Numbered from the whole stretch's first letter, positions 10,912 through 25,208 are shown. The stretch: 63,625 nt of DNA, filler included, from Choristocarpus tenellus KU-1152 (GCA_964200185.2; 14 parts of 14 records of this genome joined end to end with filler, not necessarily neighbours in it), one strand, 5' to 3'. Translations and numbers: made by a program. The notes: generated by a model not told the origin, from the sequence alone.

Positions 10912-13397
10912 CTTCATGACCAGTTGGGGGGGGGGGATCGGTATTAGTGTAGATGTGGGAAGACTTTTGGTCTTGTTCAGTTAAAGAATGGGGGGTTCTG
11001 TTGTGCAGGGTGCATCAAAATATTGTTCCTTTCTTGCAAAAATGAAGTACCCAGCACACTATTTACATTGAGGCATAGTGTCCTAGAGGAGGGTCAACTT
11101 AGGCCTCTTTGAATACAAAGGGCCCATAAAATTTTCAGATTGACATCCCTATTTCCCCCAGGAAGTTGAGGCTGTAGAGTAGGAGATGAAGATAGTTCAT
11201 CCACACAAGAGTGAATATTGCTCTCTAGAGTGTTGGGAGTGCACACACCCAAAGGCAGTCCTGAGAGTCCCCATATTTCACTCAATGACACCTTTCTCTA
11301 GGGTACTATGGGTCATTGCTCACACTGTGGTGTTAATAGTCAGAGCAACCCAGGTCAAGGGGAACTCTACTACAGCTACACTATTGATAAGTATAAAAAA
11401 ATATATCTCCAACTCAAAACAAGACTAGGTCTTCAACAAGGGCTATTTTTCTCTGTTTGTACACTTCAGTTCTACAGGTTATGAGGAAATCAGAAGGGAA
11501 AAAAAGACTGGTGGGGGGGGGGGGGGGGGAGAGTCCACTCATTAGTCCAACGAATGTTTNNNNNNNNNNGGTTTTTTTTTCTGGTTTTGCCACCTTTGTG
11601 TCGGGGGTATGGGGGAAAAAAAAAAGAAAAAAAAAGGGGGGGGGGGGGGGGGGGGGGGGGAGTTATCTCATTGGCCAGTCGCATGTATTTGATTGACCTT
11701 GTTCTTGGAATAAAAGGAGGAGAGGACATGGCCCACGCCACTTGAATATACACATATATATTTGTCCCAGGAAGATTATAATAGCAGTGAGTAGATCACA
11801 AAGTGGTACAAGAGAGAGTGAAGAGCTCCTACCAGCATCCACAGCTAAATTACACACTTCAAAACCTCCCCAATGTTCTCATTTTTTGGGGGTGGGGTGG
11901 GGGCGGNNNNNNNNNNNNNNNNNNNNNNNNNNNNNNNNNNNNNNNNNNNNTTAATTAATTAANNNNNNNNNNNNNNNNNNNNNNNNNNNNNNNNNNNNNN
12001 NNNNNNAGGAAGAAAGGCACTTTTCGCGAGAAATGTTTACGCGCGCGCCAAACTCGCGTTATATCTCTGGGCTTTTGTGCCAAATCGCCCGAAAACGATA
12101 ATTCCGGTACAAAAGCCTATTTTCTTAGTATGTCGAAAAAGCGGTACAAAATGGGTTTGGTACATAATAGTTGGTATAAAATCAGGGTAGCTATTCGCTT
12201 TTCGAGCTCTTCTAACCCCGCCTCACAAATGGCACCTGGTGGCCTGCGATCCTATTTAGACGACCCTTTGTGAGTGAGATGTTGCTGTATTTGGCATGCA
12301 TTGGGCAACGAAACAAAGACACAGATGCAGTGTGAAGAATTTAGTCAGGTCTTCGCGACTTCTTGCCTAGCAATTGATTTTCTGTATCTTTGAGTTCAAG
12401 GTCCTAGGCAGCAGCTACCTTTTTAGTGACACACCATGTAACGCTTCCAACAAGCAACTGGAAAGAGGTCTATCTTGAAGTATTGACAATGTAGGATGGC
12501 GAAAGACTCCTCTGTTTGATCGGTTGGCTAAGCTAGAATACTTATCCGTAATCCTCGGGTTAGAAGCGGTCAATAGCACACTTAAATGACCATCATAGAC
12601 CCAACCGACAACAAAAGAAGCCCTTACGGACTTCACGATGTCAGTAGTATTTAGTAGCGGTTTGCCACAAAATATTGGCTAGTATTATCCTACAACTTCC
12701 ATTCAATTTGATCTTTGTCATCGATCTCATGGTAAGTAAGGGACAGTGAAGCTGTGTACTGAGGAACTAGTGAATTCAATGTGGTGAATCTTGCAACATG
12801 GTCTGTGTAGAGTTATGAATATATGTTGAATACTGGAATGTGACGTGCTGTTCCTTAGTGTGTTTAAAGGAGGTGATGCATGCTTTGAGTAGAGGCTTGT
12901 TGTTGTGAAGAAGGTTGTGGATGAGGTTGGGAATCAGCCTGGACTATGGTATAGACAGCGGAGCAGCCTCTGGTCCAGGAGGAGATTTTGTGTGTTTGAG
13001 TGCCTTGCAGTCTAGCGTGCCAGAGGATTGGCTGCTCTTTCTACTCAGAGGTGTTACACAAGAATGGCAACATTAGGGGTACCAAAAATAGTAATACACA
13101 AGGAAGGGAGATGGGGTTCAGAGGAATTTATGGTATACATTAGGATCTATTGGTCTTTGAGGAGAAGTAATTTTCATCTCAAGGAATAGTACACACCCTA
13201 AAGCACTCTCTCCATGTACTTCCCTCTAAGGCACCCCCAAACCACTGTCTTTGCTTGATATTACATTATTTGACAGCCTCTCCTCTCCCAAGTAAACTAA
13301 ACTGATTTAAGCATTTGCAAGTGGTTTCAGTAGATGTGGACTGTATCATGCTGTTACATATATATATATATAATACTCCTCGATCGATTCCTTACCT

Positions 13398-13655
13398 GAG
13401 TGAAAGTATCTTAGAGGGTACGAGTTTTGCCCTGTTTGTCCATTTGGGGCTTGGCTTCCCATTGGTTCTTTTTGACATTTTCCTAGTCCAAAATGTTTAG
13501 GAGTAAGTACAGTATGTATGTTATGAACAGGTGTGTCCAACACATAGATATTGACATTTCCTAACAAACATGATAGTCAGCTTTATATCAAAATGACAAC
13601 ATTGGATTTTGGTTCCCAAATGGACACGGCTCTACCCTCTAAGATACTTTGGCTC
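13398..13655 (-). mobile_element. MITE family A, TSD ACCT
   Basis: TIRs; ACCT at 13394-13397 and 13656-13659. Confidence 0.92.
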
Positions 13656-14484
13656 ACCTCTGCCTTCATTGCCAAGTCCCTCACCAATCAGAACTATTGC
13701 ACTGGGTAATGAGTGCACGCTGTAGCACACAGACCGTTTCCAGTTTAACTGCGGTGATTGGTTGGAATTTGGGTCTCTTCATTCATGCGCCTCAAGAATT
13801 ACTTTTTATTTTTCAGACTTATTTTCCCGATAATATTCTTGTCAGAAATATTCCCGCGCAAATGTGTTTGTGCTTTTTTGTCGTTCTCAACATGCCAGCT
13901 TAGCTCCCGAAGGGCAAAAGCAGCAACTTACGCTTTATTTTTCTTTTTTCTTTTGACTGTGCGTCCTGAGTTCTTTTTTTTTATCTCACCGAATTGGAGC
14001 GATACTCTCAAATTTTCTCGGAGGGCAAGACCTTCCCTTCCCTTCCCTTCCCTTCCCTTCCCTTCCTTTTACTCCCCACGCTTATATATTTAAATAATTA
14101 TTCAAGGGATAATAATAATAATAACAATAATGTGTAAAGGAGTGCATAGCGCCGTCACCGTTTCTCAATCGGGATGGCGACGGTACTGTTTATTACAAAA
14201 ATGTTTGGTAAAAAAAAAGAAAAAAAATTCGGGAACAAGTTCACTACTGCTGCTGTATGCCCTGTCTGTCGCCTTGTTGCGTGTGTGTGTGTGTTGTGTT
14301 GTGGCTCTATTTGATGAAAATTTCACAGACCCTTTGAAGACTTGGAGTGGAGAGGAGGGCACCCTTTCGTAGAGATAGATCCCTGTACAGGGTTGGAAAC
14401 AGTCACGGAACAGTCATGGAAAACATGATACGCCTATAGGTGTAGTACTGCGCAGTATGCGTTTTGTCTGGTTGTCCCCCTTAG

Positions 14485-16299
14485 ATCAGTGTTCAACCCT
14501 CGAACCGCACAGATCGGAACTTGGTTGAGGTTTTCAGAATGAGGAGGTGAGTCTCTTATCTTTAATTCCTATTTTGTTTTGTGCTGATCGTCCTCCTGAA
14601 ATGTCGATCAGGTTTTTGTGTGAAATCAGCATGAAAACATGCTTGTTTTTTTCAATGCCAGAGAGAATTCTGTGAAGCTATTTCCAATTTTGCACGGAGT
14701 GCTTGAGTCCCTTGATGCCAGCAAAAACTGAAAGGAGTATGTTCCACTAAGACAAACAATCCCCATATAAAAATATCGCCTTGCTTTCTAATTTATATTG
14801 GTATGTTTCTCCTCAAGGGAAGGAATTCCACTATACACTATGCATACTGTAGGTCCCAGGGTCTGGGTCTATTCTCACCAAAAGAACTACTGAGACAACT
14901 TCGATACCAGTGGCTTATGCACTAATGATCCATACATAACATTTCGGAGGGTAGGAGAATACCCCTGGTTGTCTGTTCGGGGCTTGGCTTCCCATGTGTT
15001 TTTTTTTACTCTTTTTTTTTTGTAGTCTTTGAACACAGTTGCCTAAATCAGAAACATTTCGGAGTACTTAAAATATATGCACGATCGCGAAAGGTGTGTC
15101 TGGAACAAGGATATTGACATCTGCTTACAAACGCGATAGTCAAAACTACATCAAAATCACAACGTTGGATTTATGACCCCGAACAGATGCGGTCCGGCCC
15201 TACCCTCTGAAATGCTTTGGATCAATGGCTTGAAAATATGGGAGTGATTTGGGTCATCTCTCACAAGTGTCTCCCACGTTTCGATATGGCGTTAGTGCAT
15301 ACAAATATGTACATTTTTAGGGTTAGGGTGGGTTTTTATTGTAAGTAGGGGCACTATCCTGCTGTAATGATTGCTGTGATGTATCTTTCTTTAGTTACTC
15401 TTTGGGCATATGAAGGCAATGTTAATAGGTTGCCTCAAAATCATCCACTTAAATGTTGCCACCTGGTTTTCTCAGCACTGCCTTGACCTGTGTGTGCCAG
15501 GATGCCTTTTTATCATATATTGACTGAATGGGACGAAATAGACACAAGGGGGGATTTACTCATCAAGGAGAACACGGGTCAGGCGTATCAACAGGTAGGC
15601 ATATCCCCTCCTACCATCATAACGCCTTCATAACGCCACCTTCTGGTTTGTCCTGTTTGCTGGTGTTTTCCGTTTTACATTTGAGGCAGTTCTAGGTCTT
15701 AATTGGATTTGAGTGTCACCGCACAACACCAGTGTGGCTCTAGAGTACACCAGTGCGGCTCTAGAGTACACCAGTGCGGCTCTAGAGTACACCAGTGCGA
15801 CCACTTCTATTTTGGAACATTGCCACCTGAACTATTATTAGTAGGCTTGTGTGTGTGTTGCATCAGACTTGGAGTTAGTTGGAGAGATTTGGCGTGATGA
15901 TTGACAACAAGATACACAGGACCTCTTGCTCTCCCCATTTAATATTCTTCCTTCTTGAAAGGTGTTTGTGAAAAGGGGTGAGGACCAGGACTGGAGTGCA
16001 GTGGTTTTTGACCTCGTCCTCGAGCAGGGCTGCTGGCTAATTGAGCGCCTGTGGGTAAGCGGCCTCTCCTGCTTTGTTTGCTTTGAAGGTTTCCAAGATG
16101 GAAAGGTTTTGTGTATTTTAGGGTGAAATGGAGCACACCACGATGCCTTTTCCTCCATCCTCGGACACATTCCCCATCCGCCTGTACAAGTGCACCTGTT
16201 GCCTTGGCTTACTGTCAAATGTTCTTTTAAAAGAAAATATAGGTTCAAGAGTCCTGGAGATTCTTGCTTTGACTTTATGCTTGCCATATGTGTATATAT

Positions 16300-16335
<36 letters not shown>

Positions 16336-19300
16336 TTTGTTAACAGCGATGCCATTGGAGATACAAGTCTGAAATCAGGTCGACCTGTCGATTATTTGAT
16401 CAGAAATGTAGCAATAAGGCAGATGCTCTTATCTGCCGAGGTTGCCTGCTTTGAGGCCTTTGTGGGTGTGGAGGTGTCACTTCTCACCTCTGGTGAGGCA
16501 GCCAATCAGCAGCTTTGGTGTTTGGCAGAATGTGGTTGCTGTGAGTTACGTTGACAACTTAGGCGATTGGTTTAGCCCAGCAGATTCTTCACAATACCCT
16601 CCCTCAAATTGGGCAAGCCTGAGGGTGCCTTGAGAGGACTGAGCCAAACCTCTTGCATTTCAGATGCACAGTGTGCGAATGATTGTCATTGGGTTGGTAC
16701 TTTGAAATAGCTAGAGGTTTCTGTCGTACCTTGCTTGCAGAGATACAGGTACTCCTCTACTAGCACTTGATCCCCAAATGTCACTAGAAATGTTTGATGT
16801 AGTAGGGTGAGTGTAGTGTGTTGAAGTGTTCCTGGTGAAGACCAGGAGTAGATCTTTTTGGGTACAGACTTGACCCGTCTATTTTTTGCTTTGAAGCCAA
16901 TGAGTTCAAATGAGTTGTGTCCAAAAGACAAAATGAAGTCCTGTTCTTGCTGTCATGGTATACAAATTAGTACTTTCAATCTGCGGTCATGAAATGTACA
17001 TCACAAAAAAAATCAGCTCCTGCTCACTCCATACCCCAGTTGCTCTATTTGATATGTGTCAGATGAGGCGCGTGGCATCTTTTTTTTTTTTACCAATATC
17101 CCTGTGCGCTGCCCTTGTGGAAGCAGCAGATGTATGTGCTTAAGCTGGGCCTAGAAACGTCTTCAGATAGTGTTCTGTAGCATACTCTTTGTTTGAATCT
17201 TTGTTGTTGTCTAATGCCCCTTGCCCTTCTTCCAGGACACGCATCATGCTTGCCTCGTGTGCTTCATAGGCAGACCTCCCGTCATACATTAATTCTGCTC
17301 TCGTAGCTAGTTTTGGTTCATATGTCTAAGGTGGATCCGCCAACAAACTTTATTGATCTTTATTTATCGTGGTCTTGTGGGGCTGTAACTGCCTGCTCGA
17401 GCACTGTCTTAGTGTCCTTCCAATCAATAACACCTCTATATAACTGTACAGTAGGTTGTCCTCTCCCACTCGTGTATGACTATGCATGGGGATGCGTGGG
17501 GTCTATGCTGTCCAATGCAGCCCTAAGTAAATCCTACCTTACTTAATGGTGGACTTGTTCCCTTCAGGTGGACGACAAGAGTGGAAAGGGGCAGAGGGGC
17601 AGGGACCCCATGCCCCTGGATGAACTCTTCAATGAGGATGGGTTGAGCATTATGTCTTGTACATTCTCAGACTATGAGCCGCAGGACCTGGTGTCCTGGT
17701 TGGAGACAGAGCCTGATGGATTGTTCTCACCCAAGGTGGTGGCACTAAACTGCCTGTGTGCTCTAAGGGCTAATGATGTGCCATACAAGAACCATGGCTG
17801 TGAGCTCACAGCGCGTTTCTGCTCACCGACAAATGTAGCCAGCACTCTCACACCGGCTCACTTTGCACAGGTAGGTCTGAGGTGCAATTGTGTCCTGTAT
17901 TGTTTGTGTTAGGTGGTGCAGGTTGTTGGTCAGATGATGCTGCAGTGTGGCGATACTGGGTGATATGAGCTGATTGGGTTGGACTGGGTATCCAGTGACA
18001 AGTTCTCCTTGGTGTGGTAGTAAGGATTTGGGAGATGACAGTAGGTAGGGGGTGTATTGGGGAGGGTAGGTTGGAAATTATGTACAGAAGTTTGTTCCAT
18101 CTGTACGGAGGAAGAGACGGGAGGAGTAGAGTGTTGACTATTGCTTTACTATTGCTTTACTATTGCTTTACTATTTGTTTGGTATGTTACTACTGCTCGT
18201 GGACCCGCTTCACATTGGTTATGTTGGCAATGATATCAATCAGCAACAGAGTGTAATGCTTGTATCTGTTGTAGCTCTTATCCTGTTCACAACTCCCCAT
18301 TTCATCCTTTGTGAGGATTACACCCTCACAGTAACTCAAATGGGATGTATTTATATATATAGACATACGTACTTGTGTGGTTGCTGCACATGGTCCTGAT
18401 AGCACTCGGCTACTGTCATGAATGGCCCAGAAGCAACAGCAAAATGAAGAAGTACTTCTTACCAGCCTCTATCCCTTGTGCTCTCCTTCTCCTGCCTCCA
18501 GTACCTGAGTGAACCCTGGTACAGCATTTTTGCGGAGTGGGATGACTTGGTCTTTCACAGTGAGAGCACAAATGAGGAGCAAACAGAGACTGAACTGGTG
18601 GTGAGGGGTGATTTATTTTACTCTCAGTCTTGTGCAGGCGATAGTAGTGAAGTGAAGAATAGAACTGGGATTACTGCCGTCTCTGTCAGTGCACTGTTTA
18701 GTGGAATAAAGTGGGTTGGTGGGTGTACGGGTAAGATCCATCTTGCAACTCCAAGCAAGGTTACTATTGAAGTCCCCTCTTTTCGTTATTGTGTGGGGTG
18801 GTGAGTGTGTCACCAACCCCTGTGCATGGGAGAAACAGAAATGGAATCGGGGTAGAAATGGTGAAGTTGGGCAAAGTTGTTTTAACTGATCTTGGGATAT
18901 GTAGAGCATCTGCTGCCAGATTTCTGTGTACTGAGGGGGCAGACAAATCATGGTTTGGTATTCTCTGCTGTACCTGCAAGGTATGGGAAAGTTCTGCCCC
19001 TTTTCTTGGACTAGTACACTTTTTTTGTGTATATATTTTTTGAGAAGTACATTGGATAAGAAGATTGAGAAAATGTTTCAAAACAAGATCCAGATGGTGT
19101 TTGCCCCCAAAAGGCAAGTCCACAGTTGTCGGGGGTTGTTGTTGTGATTTGATTGCTTGCTGCTGTTCTGCTCATACTCTCCGACTCGCTCTTGTGGTGG
19201 GGATCAGTAAACACTAAGTGCCTTTAGTGCAGTCACTGTTACCAGTAAATTTTGTCCTCCACTGCCACACTTCACGCTCGTCCTTTGTCACCCTCAGATA

Positions 19301-19495
19301 GTCTATGAATAGGGTGTGCACTTGGAATGTTGATGGTGTGTACGCCGGTTCTAATTTATCAGGTGCATCACACTGAACTCTTTGCAGGTACTCCTGAGGC
19401 CGAAGGAGGAACAGGCGTGGACCTCGGTAAACTGGGAGTTGGTGTGTCACGAAGGCAAGTGGCTGACGGAGAGGATTTGGGTGGATGATGTCTGA
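14485..19495 (+). CDS. Uncharacterised protein with two tandem NTF2/SnoaL-like (DUF4864-like) domains; exons 14485-14546, 15501-15594, 15962-16054, 17568-17870, 18502-18600, 19388-19495; 5' end unresolved
   Basis: Six GT-AG exons join in frame to a TGA. Domain 2 SPKVVALNCLCALRANDVPYKNHGCELTARFCSPTN..YLSEPWYSIFAEWDDL..WELVCHEGKWLTERIWVDD resembles the algal/cyanobacterial P..VV..QL.AL..ND.P..HG..FASP.N family (inference). The first listed exon is less certain. Confidence 0.8.
14940..15223 (-). mobile_element. Degenerate MITE family A copy (intronic)
   Basis: GGAGGGTA..GGGGCTTGGCTTCCCATG..TACCCTCTGAAATGCTTTGGATC is similar to intact copies. Confidence 0.7.
15727..15799. repeat. 21-bp minisatellite (CACCAGTGCGGCTCTAGAGTA) x~3.5
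   Basis: Direct tandem repeat with no spacers. Confidence 0.9.
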
Positions 19496-21036
19496 AGCGT
19501 CCTTCATTTTCTTTTACGGAGGGGGTTAGTTTAGTTGTTGGTAGCAACAACATTGTTGAGAACACACATTAGATTGGAAGAGTCTAGGTGAGAAGGGCTG
19601 CCCCGCCATGTAAGAATACTGAGTTGCCCACCCTCGGTGTTCTTTCTGTGAAAAGCATTTTTGTGTTAGAGGTAGGACTGACAAGGTCAGTGGTGTTGCT
19701 GTAGGTGCTAGTGGCATGTCTGCTGTATATGTGTTTGTCAACACTGTGCAGAACACATTTTTAGTGAGTATTCGTATCGGTCCATATTGGACAGTGTATG
19801 TCTATGTACTCTTATTGACGCTACCGTTTTTACAAGTGTGATGAGCTGTAACAAATCTCAAAGAGCAAGGAGTATCGTTTTAGAACGACGGTGACCATGT
19901 GTACACTCGATAAATAAATATATTGCCTAAGTAATGAGGGATGATGTCAATACACTGTAGCAATCATGGTCACCTATTGGATTGTATTGAATACCGTATG
20001 GAATGAATGCCTCTCTGATTTGATTCACACTAGGGTTGTTAGATTGCTGGCATTGAAATATCCAACGGGGCCTCCTCTTAGCTAGGAACCTGATGTTGAC
20101 CACCCCCCGCTCTGATTCGTCTTCTGGGAAGGTATATATCATTTTAGCAAATTGCACATCGTCACGGTTATTAGGGTTAGGGTTAGATTAATTTTAGGCC
20201 AAGAAGATGGCATCGGTTTCCTTTGCTTGTAGTCAGCATGATAGTTATCCAACTCCAGATGAGGTACTGAGCCATCCTCCACATCATGGGCTACTCTACC
20301 TCTTTAGTCATCCAACAGGCAATTTGCCCACTATGTTGACCAACATGTTGTACAATGTACAGGTAATATCCAGAATTATTCTCTACACCTGTTGTTTTCA
20401 AGCATTTCAAAAATGACTTTCCTGTAAGCAATATAAGACACGGCTGGTTTCTTTGCCTTTCGTATGTCTCGTCTTCCCTCTATGACAACATCTAATAAGT
20501 ATCAGTAGACATAATCACAGTAGTAATACAATCAATGCTTCTGCTGCAGTTGTAGTGAACTGTGTATCAAGCCGAAGCATACTAGCTACAGTACTTCTCT
20601 GCCGTATACTACTCTATCATCATGCAAGTATTTGAGCATAACTCTTGATAGCGCAATGGACTTCAGAGTAGCAGTTTTTTGAAAATGGAACGAACGCTTA
20701 ATGACATTGTGATTTTTTGTGTATAACGATGGAGTAGGTCTTTCTGTGTTGTCTGCTATTTATCTAATCATTTGCTTGTTTTAGGCCGTATGGGATTATG
20801 CAATGAATGTTGTGAGTGCTTGTATGCACTATTGTTAATGTTGTTGAAATGTATCTACATAAGAATTGACTATATCATTGTCTATGTTTCCAACTCACTC
20901 TGTGTATACATTAAAGTTGGTTGGAGTACAATGCATATTTGAATGCTTATGAAGCGATCTGGGTTGTGAGGGGTGGCAGGTACGCAAATCCTGTTCGCTT
21001 CTGACAGATATTTGGAATTACTTTTTGTATCAAGTA

Positions 21037-21926
21037 CTCTCTCTGCCCCGTAAATGTGTGCCGTTAATTCGTAGCTCTTCGATATGACCTTCAATTACAA
21101 AACGGATTTTTGCATTGGATTCCTTGGGATATTCTACATAAACACAACAAAAATTGAAGAATTCTGTGAAGAATACCGTTCTGAAATGGTTCCGAAAGAG
21201 TGGAACACAGAATGGGGAATCTTTGGCTTATTTTTTAGTTGTCATGGTGCAGCGTGGAGCCGCCCACCACTCTCATGCTGATTGGTACCAGGAGTGGTAC
21301 ATGGAGCAGCTGCTGCCAGCGATCAAGGAAAAATTGCTGTGTCTGGAATCAGGGGGGGGGTCATACAGCGGGACTGTACAACCCTGCTGCATACGGGCAA
21401 AGGTACGGTGTAGAAGCTGAATGCCGCAGGTAGGGAGGGTGGATGGGAAATTAAGCCTGTGACACAGCCAGAGCAGTCAATGGATCTCATTTTCAATGAT
21501 TTGGTTTTTTTGCATCCCTGAAGAGCAGGGTTTGGGCAAAGCATTCCAGCACCATTGATCGCATTGTAGAGAGGGTTAAGAGCATGTTCCACATGTACAA
21601 CCCAGACACGCTCCAGAGGGCGTGGCAGAGTCTGTTTTAGAGGTACAATCAGGTGTTAAAAGCGTGGCAGGGAACGATTTTGAGGTAGAGCACACAGGGA
21701 CCAGAAAAAGGCAACGGGAGGGCAGGTTAGCTAGAGTGGTCGAAGTAGACCAAGTCACCAACAACACGGCGCTGGATTGGTGGATTGATAGTGTTGAGTA
21801 AAGGCGAGACATACTTCCTTGATGTATAGAATATTCCAAGGAATCCAACGCAGAAATCCGTTTTGTAATCAGAGGTAATCTCGAAGAGCTACAACTTAAC
21901 GGCACAGACTTATGGGACAGAGGGAG
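21037..21926 (+). mobile_element. Tc1/mariner DD39D (Stowaway-type) deletion derivative, ~105-bp TIRs, TA TSD
   Basis: TA|CTCTCTCTGCCCC...GGGACAGAGGGAG|TA. Internal broken frame EQLLPAIKEK..VTQPEQSMDLIFNDL..TLQRAWQSLF*RYNQVL..GNDFEVEH matches the QPPNSPDLNxLD region of DD39D transposases. Confidence 0.88.
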
Positions 21927-22398
21927 TATTAACTTCAATAGGGTGCGTGCACAGTCCTTTTGGTGTTTTAGTGCGCCCTATGCATACAAGTTGTGCTATT
22001 GTGAACACTGCTGTCTGTAAGAAAGATACAATACTCATTAATATCAGAGGAAAGTTCCTATGAGGTCAAGTGTGTTCTGATACAGAATTTTCATGTTTTA
22101 TCTATGTATGAGGGGGCTTGCAACAAAAGGTAACAGGGCAAACCACACCAGTATATCTTAGGTCATTGCCCTTGGAGNNNNNNNNNNNNNNNNNNNNNNN
22201 NNNNNNNNNNNNNNNNNNNNNTTAATTAATTAANNNNNNNNNNNNNNNNNNNNNNNNNNNNNNNNNNNNNNNNNNNNCCCAAATTGTCTCTTTTTCTAAT
22301 CATGCACACACCTACCTACCTCATCCCCTCACTCCTCACCCCCCAGCCCCAGCCCCAGCCCCAGCCCCAGCCCCAGCCCCTAGCAAAACAAATCTCAC

Positions 22399-23041
22399 CA
22401 TCTTCCCCCGAACAAATGTCGGTGTCTCCGGGTAGTCCGGGTGCTCGACAGACTGAGTGGCAATAACTATGGTACCGTCTGCGAACTCCTCCCAAGTGCT
22501 CTTGATCACAAAGTCCCTGGGTCGTGTAGGCCAGATCGCCCGATAGGCTGACCACCTCACAGACGTCCTATCACTGGAACGCTCTACCAGCTCATAGCAA
22601 TCAAACATGCGGTCGTACTCTTCAATCCTAAATCAACCACAAGAGGCGTGGGAAGGGGAGTCAGGGAAGGGAAAAGGGAGGTGGATGAAGGGGGGGGGGG
22701 GGGGGAAAGGGGAGGGGGGGGGGGGGGCTGTGTGGGGGGGGGNNNNNNNNNNGAGGGGGGGGGGGGGGGGCAAGAGGAATGGGGAGGTAGAGACTGTTTA
22801 GGGTTAGGGTTCTCTACGAGGAGGTAGAGACTGCTCTCTACTGCAGAGAGATATATCATTGGTACACTGTTGAGGGGTGGGGATGGGAACGGGAATGGGT
22901 AAGTAGGGTACGGAGAGAGTTGGACAGGTAGTACATGCAGGAGGGGTACAGAGTACTCTCAAGAGTGGGAGAGTGGTTCAGACCAAGGCAAGATCTTTCG
23001 CTCCCCTCAACTGAAACAGACAACTAGAGTCCAAATTTAAA

Positions 23042-23072
<31 letters not shown>

Positions 23073-23663
23073 CAGTACGGATTCAGATGCAATATGTACA
23101 CGATGACAAAAAAAGAGGTGAGGGAGTCTCGCCTTTCGCCACATCTCAACTCTTTTTGACAGATCTCAACTCTCTTGACACACCTTAACTCTCTCCGGCA
23201 GATCTTTTAACTCTTTCCCGCCAACCTCCCACGCCTTCACACACGCCACCAACTCACTCTCTCAAAAAATAAAATAAAAAACACAGTAGCGGCGGCGGCC
23301 AAGAACAAACAAAATCGATCGTTACGACAAAACTTTTATCTCTCTCTCTCTCTCTCTCTCTCTTTTTAAAGAACAAAAAAGAAAAATATTAACATTTTGC
23401 AACCCACGATCACATTTTTTTTTTGAAGTTTTTTTTACCTCTCGTCATCAATCAGGAGTTGTAATAGTTGGGCAGGCGTTGCCTCGCAGCGAACACGCCC
23501 TCGGATTCTGCAGTAGGGAGACCCCTCGACAGTACTTGTCCAGATGTGAATCGTCCGCCGAACCCTCACAGGACGCCACTGCCCCGCGTTATTGATGGGC
23601 GAGTCTGAGATTGATTCGAGCAAGCTTTGAATCATGGAACTTTCTTCTGTGGGGACACCAGCC
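22399..23663 (-). CDS. START (StAR-related lipid transfer) domain protein, two internal exons (23663-23439, 22627-22399)
   Basis: Spliced: GQWRPVRVRRTIHIWTSTVEGSPYCRIRGRVRCEATPAQLLQLLIDDER|IEEYDRMFDCYELVE..AIWPTRPRDFVIKSTW..GTIVIATQSVEHPDYPETPTFVRGKM (WP..PRDF and SV.HP..P..FVRG START motifs). Confidence 0.92.
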
Positions 23664-25208
23664 CTTTGAAAAAAAAATAACAAGAAAAAAAAATAATAAG
23701 AAATAAGAAAAAATGAGTAAAAATTATAAATCGTAAATTATGAGCGATTAATTTTTTTTTAAATTATAAATCTTACATTATGAGCGATGAGATAGTAAAG
23801 AAAAAAATTATAAATCATAAATAATGAGCGATGAGATTTTTTTTAAAAAGAACATACATCTACGTCTCTCCAAGGTCGCCTCTGCGCAGTCGACTCTTTC
23901 CAAAAGAGAAAAAAAAATCAACGACAGCGTGTTCGAAGACCAACACTTTCAAGAACGGTTCCTTCCCCCCCCACACACTAATCACTAATCACTAATGTGT
24001 CAAATATAAAGTTTAAATGACAAGTTAAATCCTGGTCACGGTAAAAAAAAAAAAGTGCAACTTCTTAGAGCCAAGTCAAAAAAAAAAATTAACTCGAAAT
24101 GCAAGCACCCACACAAAATGCCTCTCTGATAAAAACAGATGAGCAATTCAACAGCTTGCGACCATAGTGTATCAACATGACAAAGATGACAAAGATAATA
24201 AAAGCATGGCCCGCATCCAGGTCAGAGGACAGTATCACTCATGCAACAGCGAGCTTGAAAGGTATTCCCCAACTGCCACCAAAACATATTCATGTAAAGT
24301 TTCAGTCTCATGCACTAAACCTAACCCTAACCCTAACCCTAACCATCTTTCTTTTCCTACATAGCATAACAGAAAAAAAAGGACAAAAAAATATATTAGT
24401 ACATATATATATATAGTGTGTGTGTATGCGTGTGCATAGTACACACGATGAGGATACCAAGAACTACAAGAACATTTCCAGGTAATTATTCCAGAAAAGG
24501 TGCGGGACAGTTTGTGGGCAGATGAAAAAAAAGAAAAAAAAGCTACATCATGACGCAGAACTCGGTTAAAAGCGTTGCAGGAGATAGCAGTTTTCTTTTC
24601 CTTTTTTTTCTTATTGTACGGCGACATTAAAAAAAAAAAGTTTGAAAAAAATACATCTATAACGATCTCACACACCACCACCACCACCACCACCACCACC
24701 ACCACCACCACCGATCTTCAACCTGTGGATCTTCTTTTGCATTATTGAGAACGTAAGACCCCAATCATATTGATAATACAAAAAAAAGAACAAGGACAAT
24801 GGAGTGGGGTCCGTGGCGCCTTCTCAGCACTCTCGTATCGTCCACATCTTAAAATCTGTTTCGGGGGGGTGAGACACAACTCACAAACGACGCAATCGTT
24901 CATCTTTCGGCCATTCCCGCCTCTAGGAGAGAAACTCCGACATCATACACAGAAGAAACCAATCAAGCGAAAAAGTGTCCCAAGCCATCACTACGGAAGA
25001 AGGTTTCTTCCTCAAGTATGCGCTTCGCTTCGCTGGCTTGCTCCAAAAGGAATTTTTTGGCAATGAAGGGGCCCCGGCTTGACCCTTGTCCGGTTACGCA
25101 TAGAGCTCCACCACTGCACTCTTTAAATGAGGATGTGCGTAGAAGCTCTAGTAGCTTCTTGTATAATTTAGTACTATTCCATCCCACATAGTCTTTTTTT
25201 TTTAATGT

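Noticed and set aside
15727-15799. CRISPR-like array (also 49732-49810 and 47136-47218)
   Set aside because: Head-to-tail repeats without unique spacers, no cas genes, and a eukaryotic context.
23858-25160. Upstream exons of the START gene
   Set aside because: The best donor and acceptor combinations introduce stops; left unresolved.
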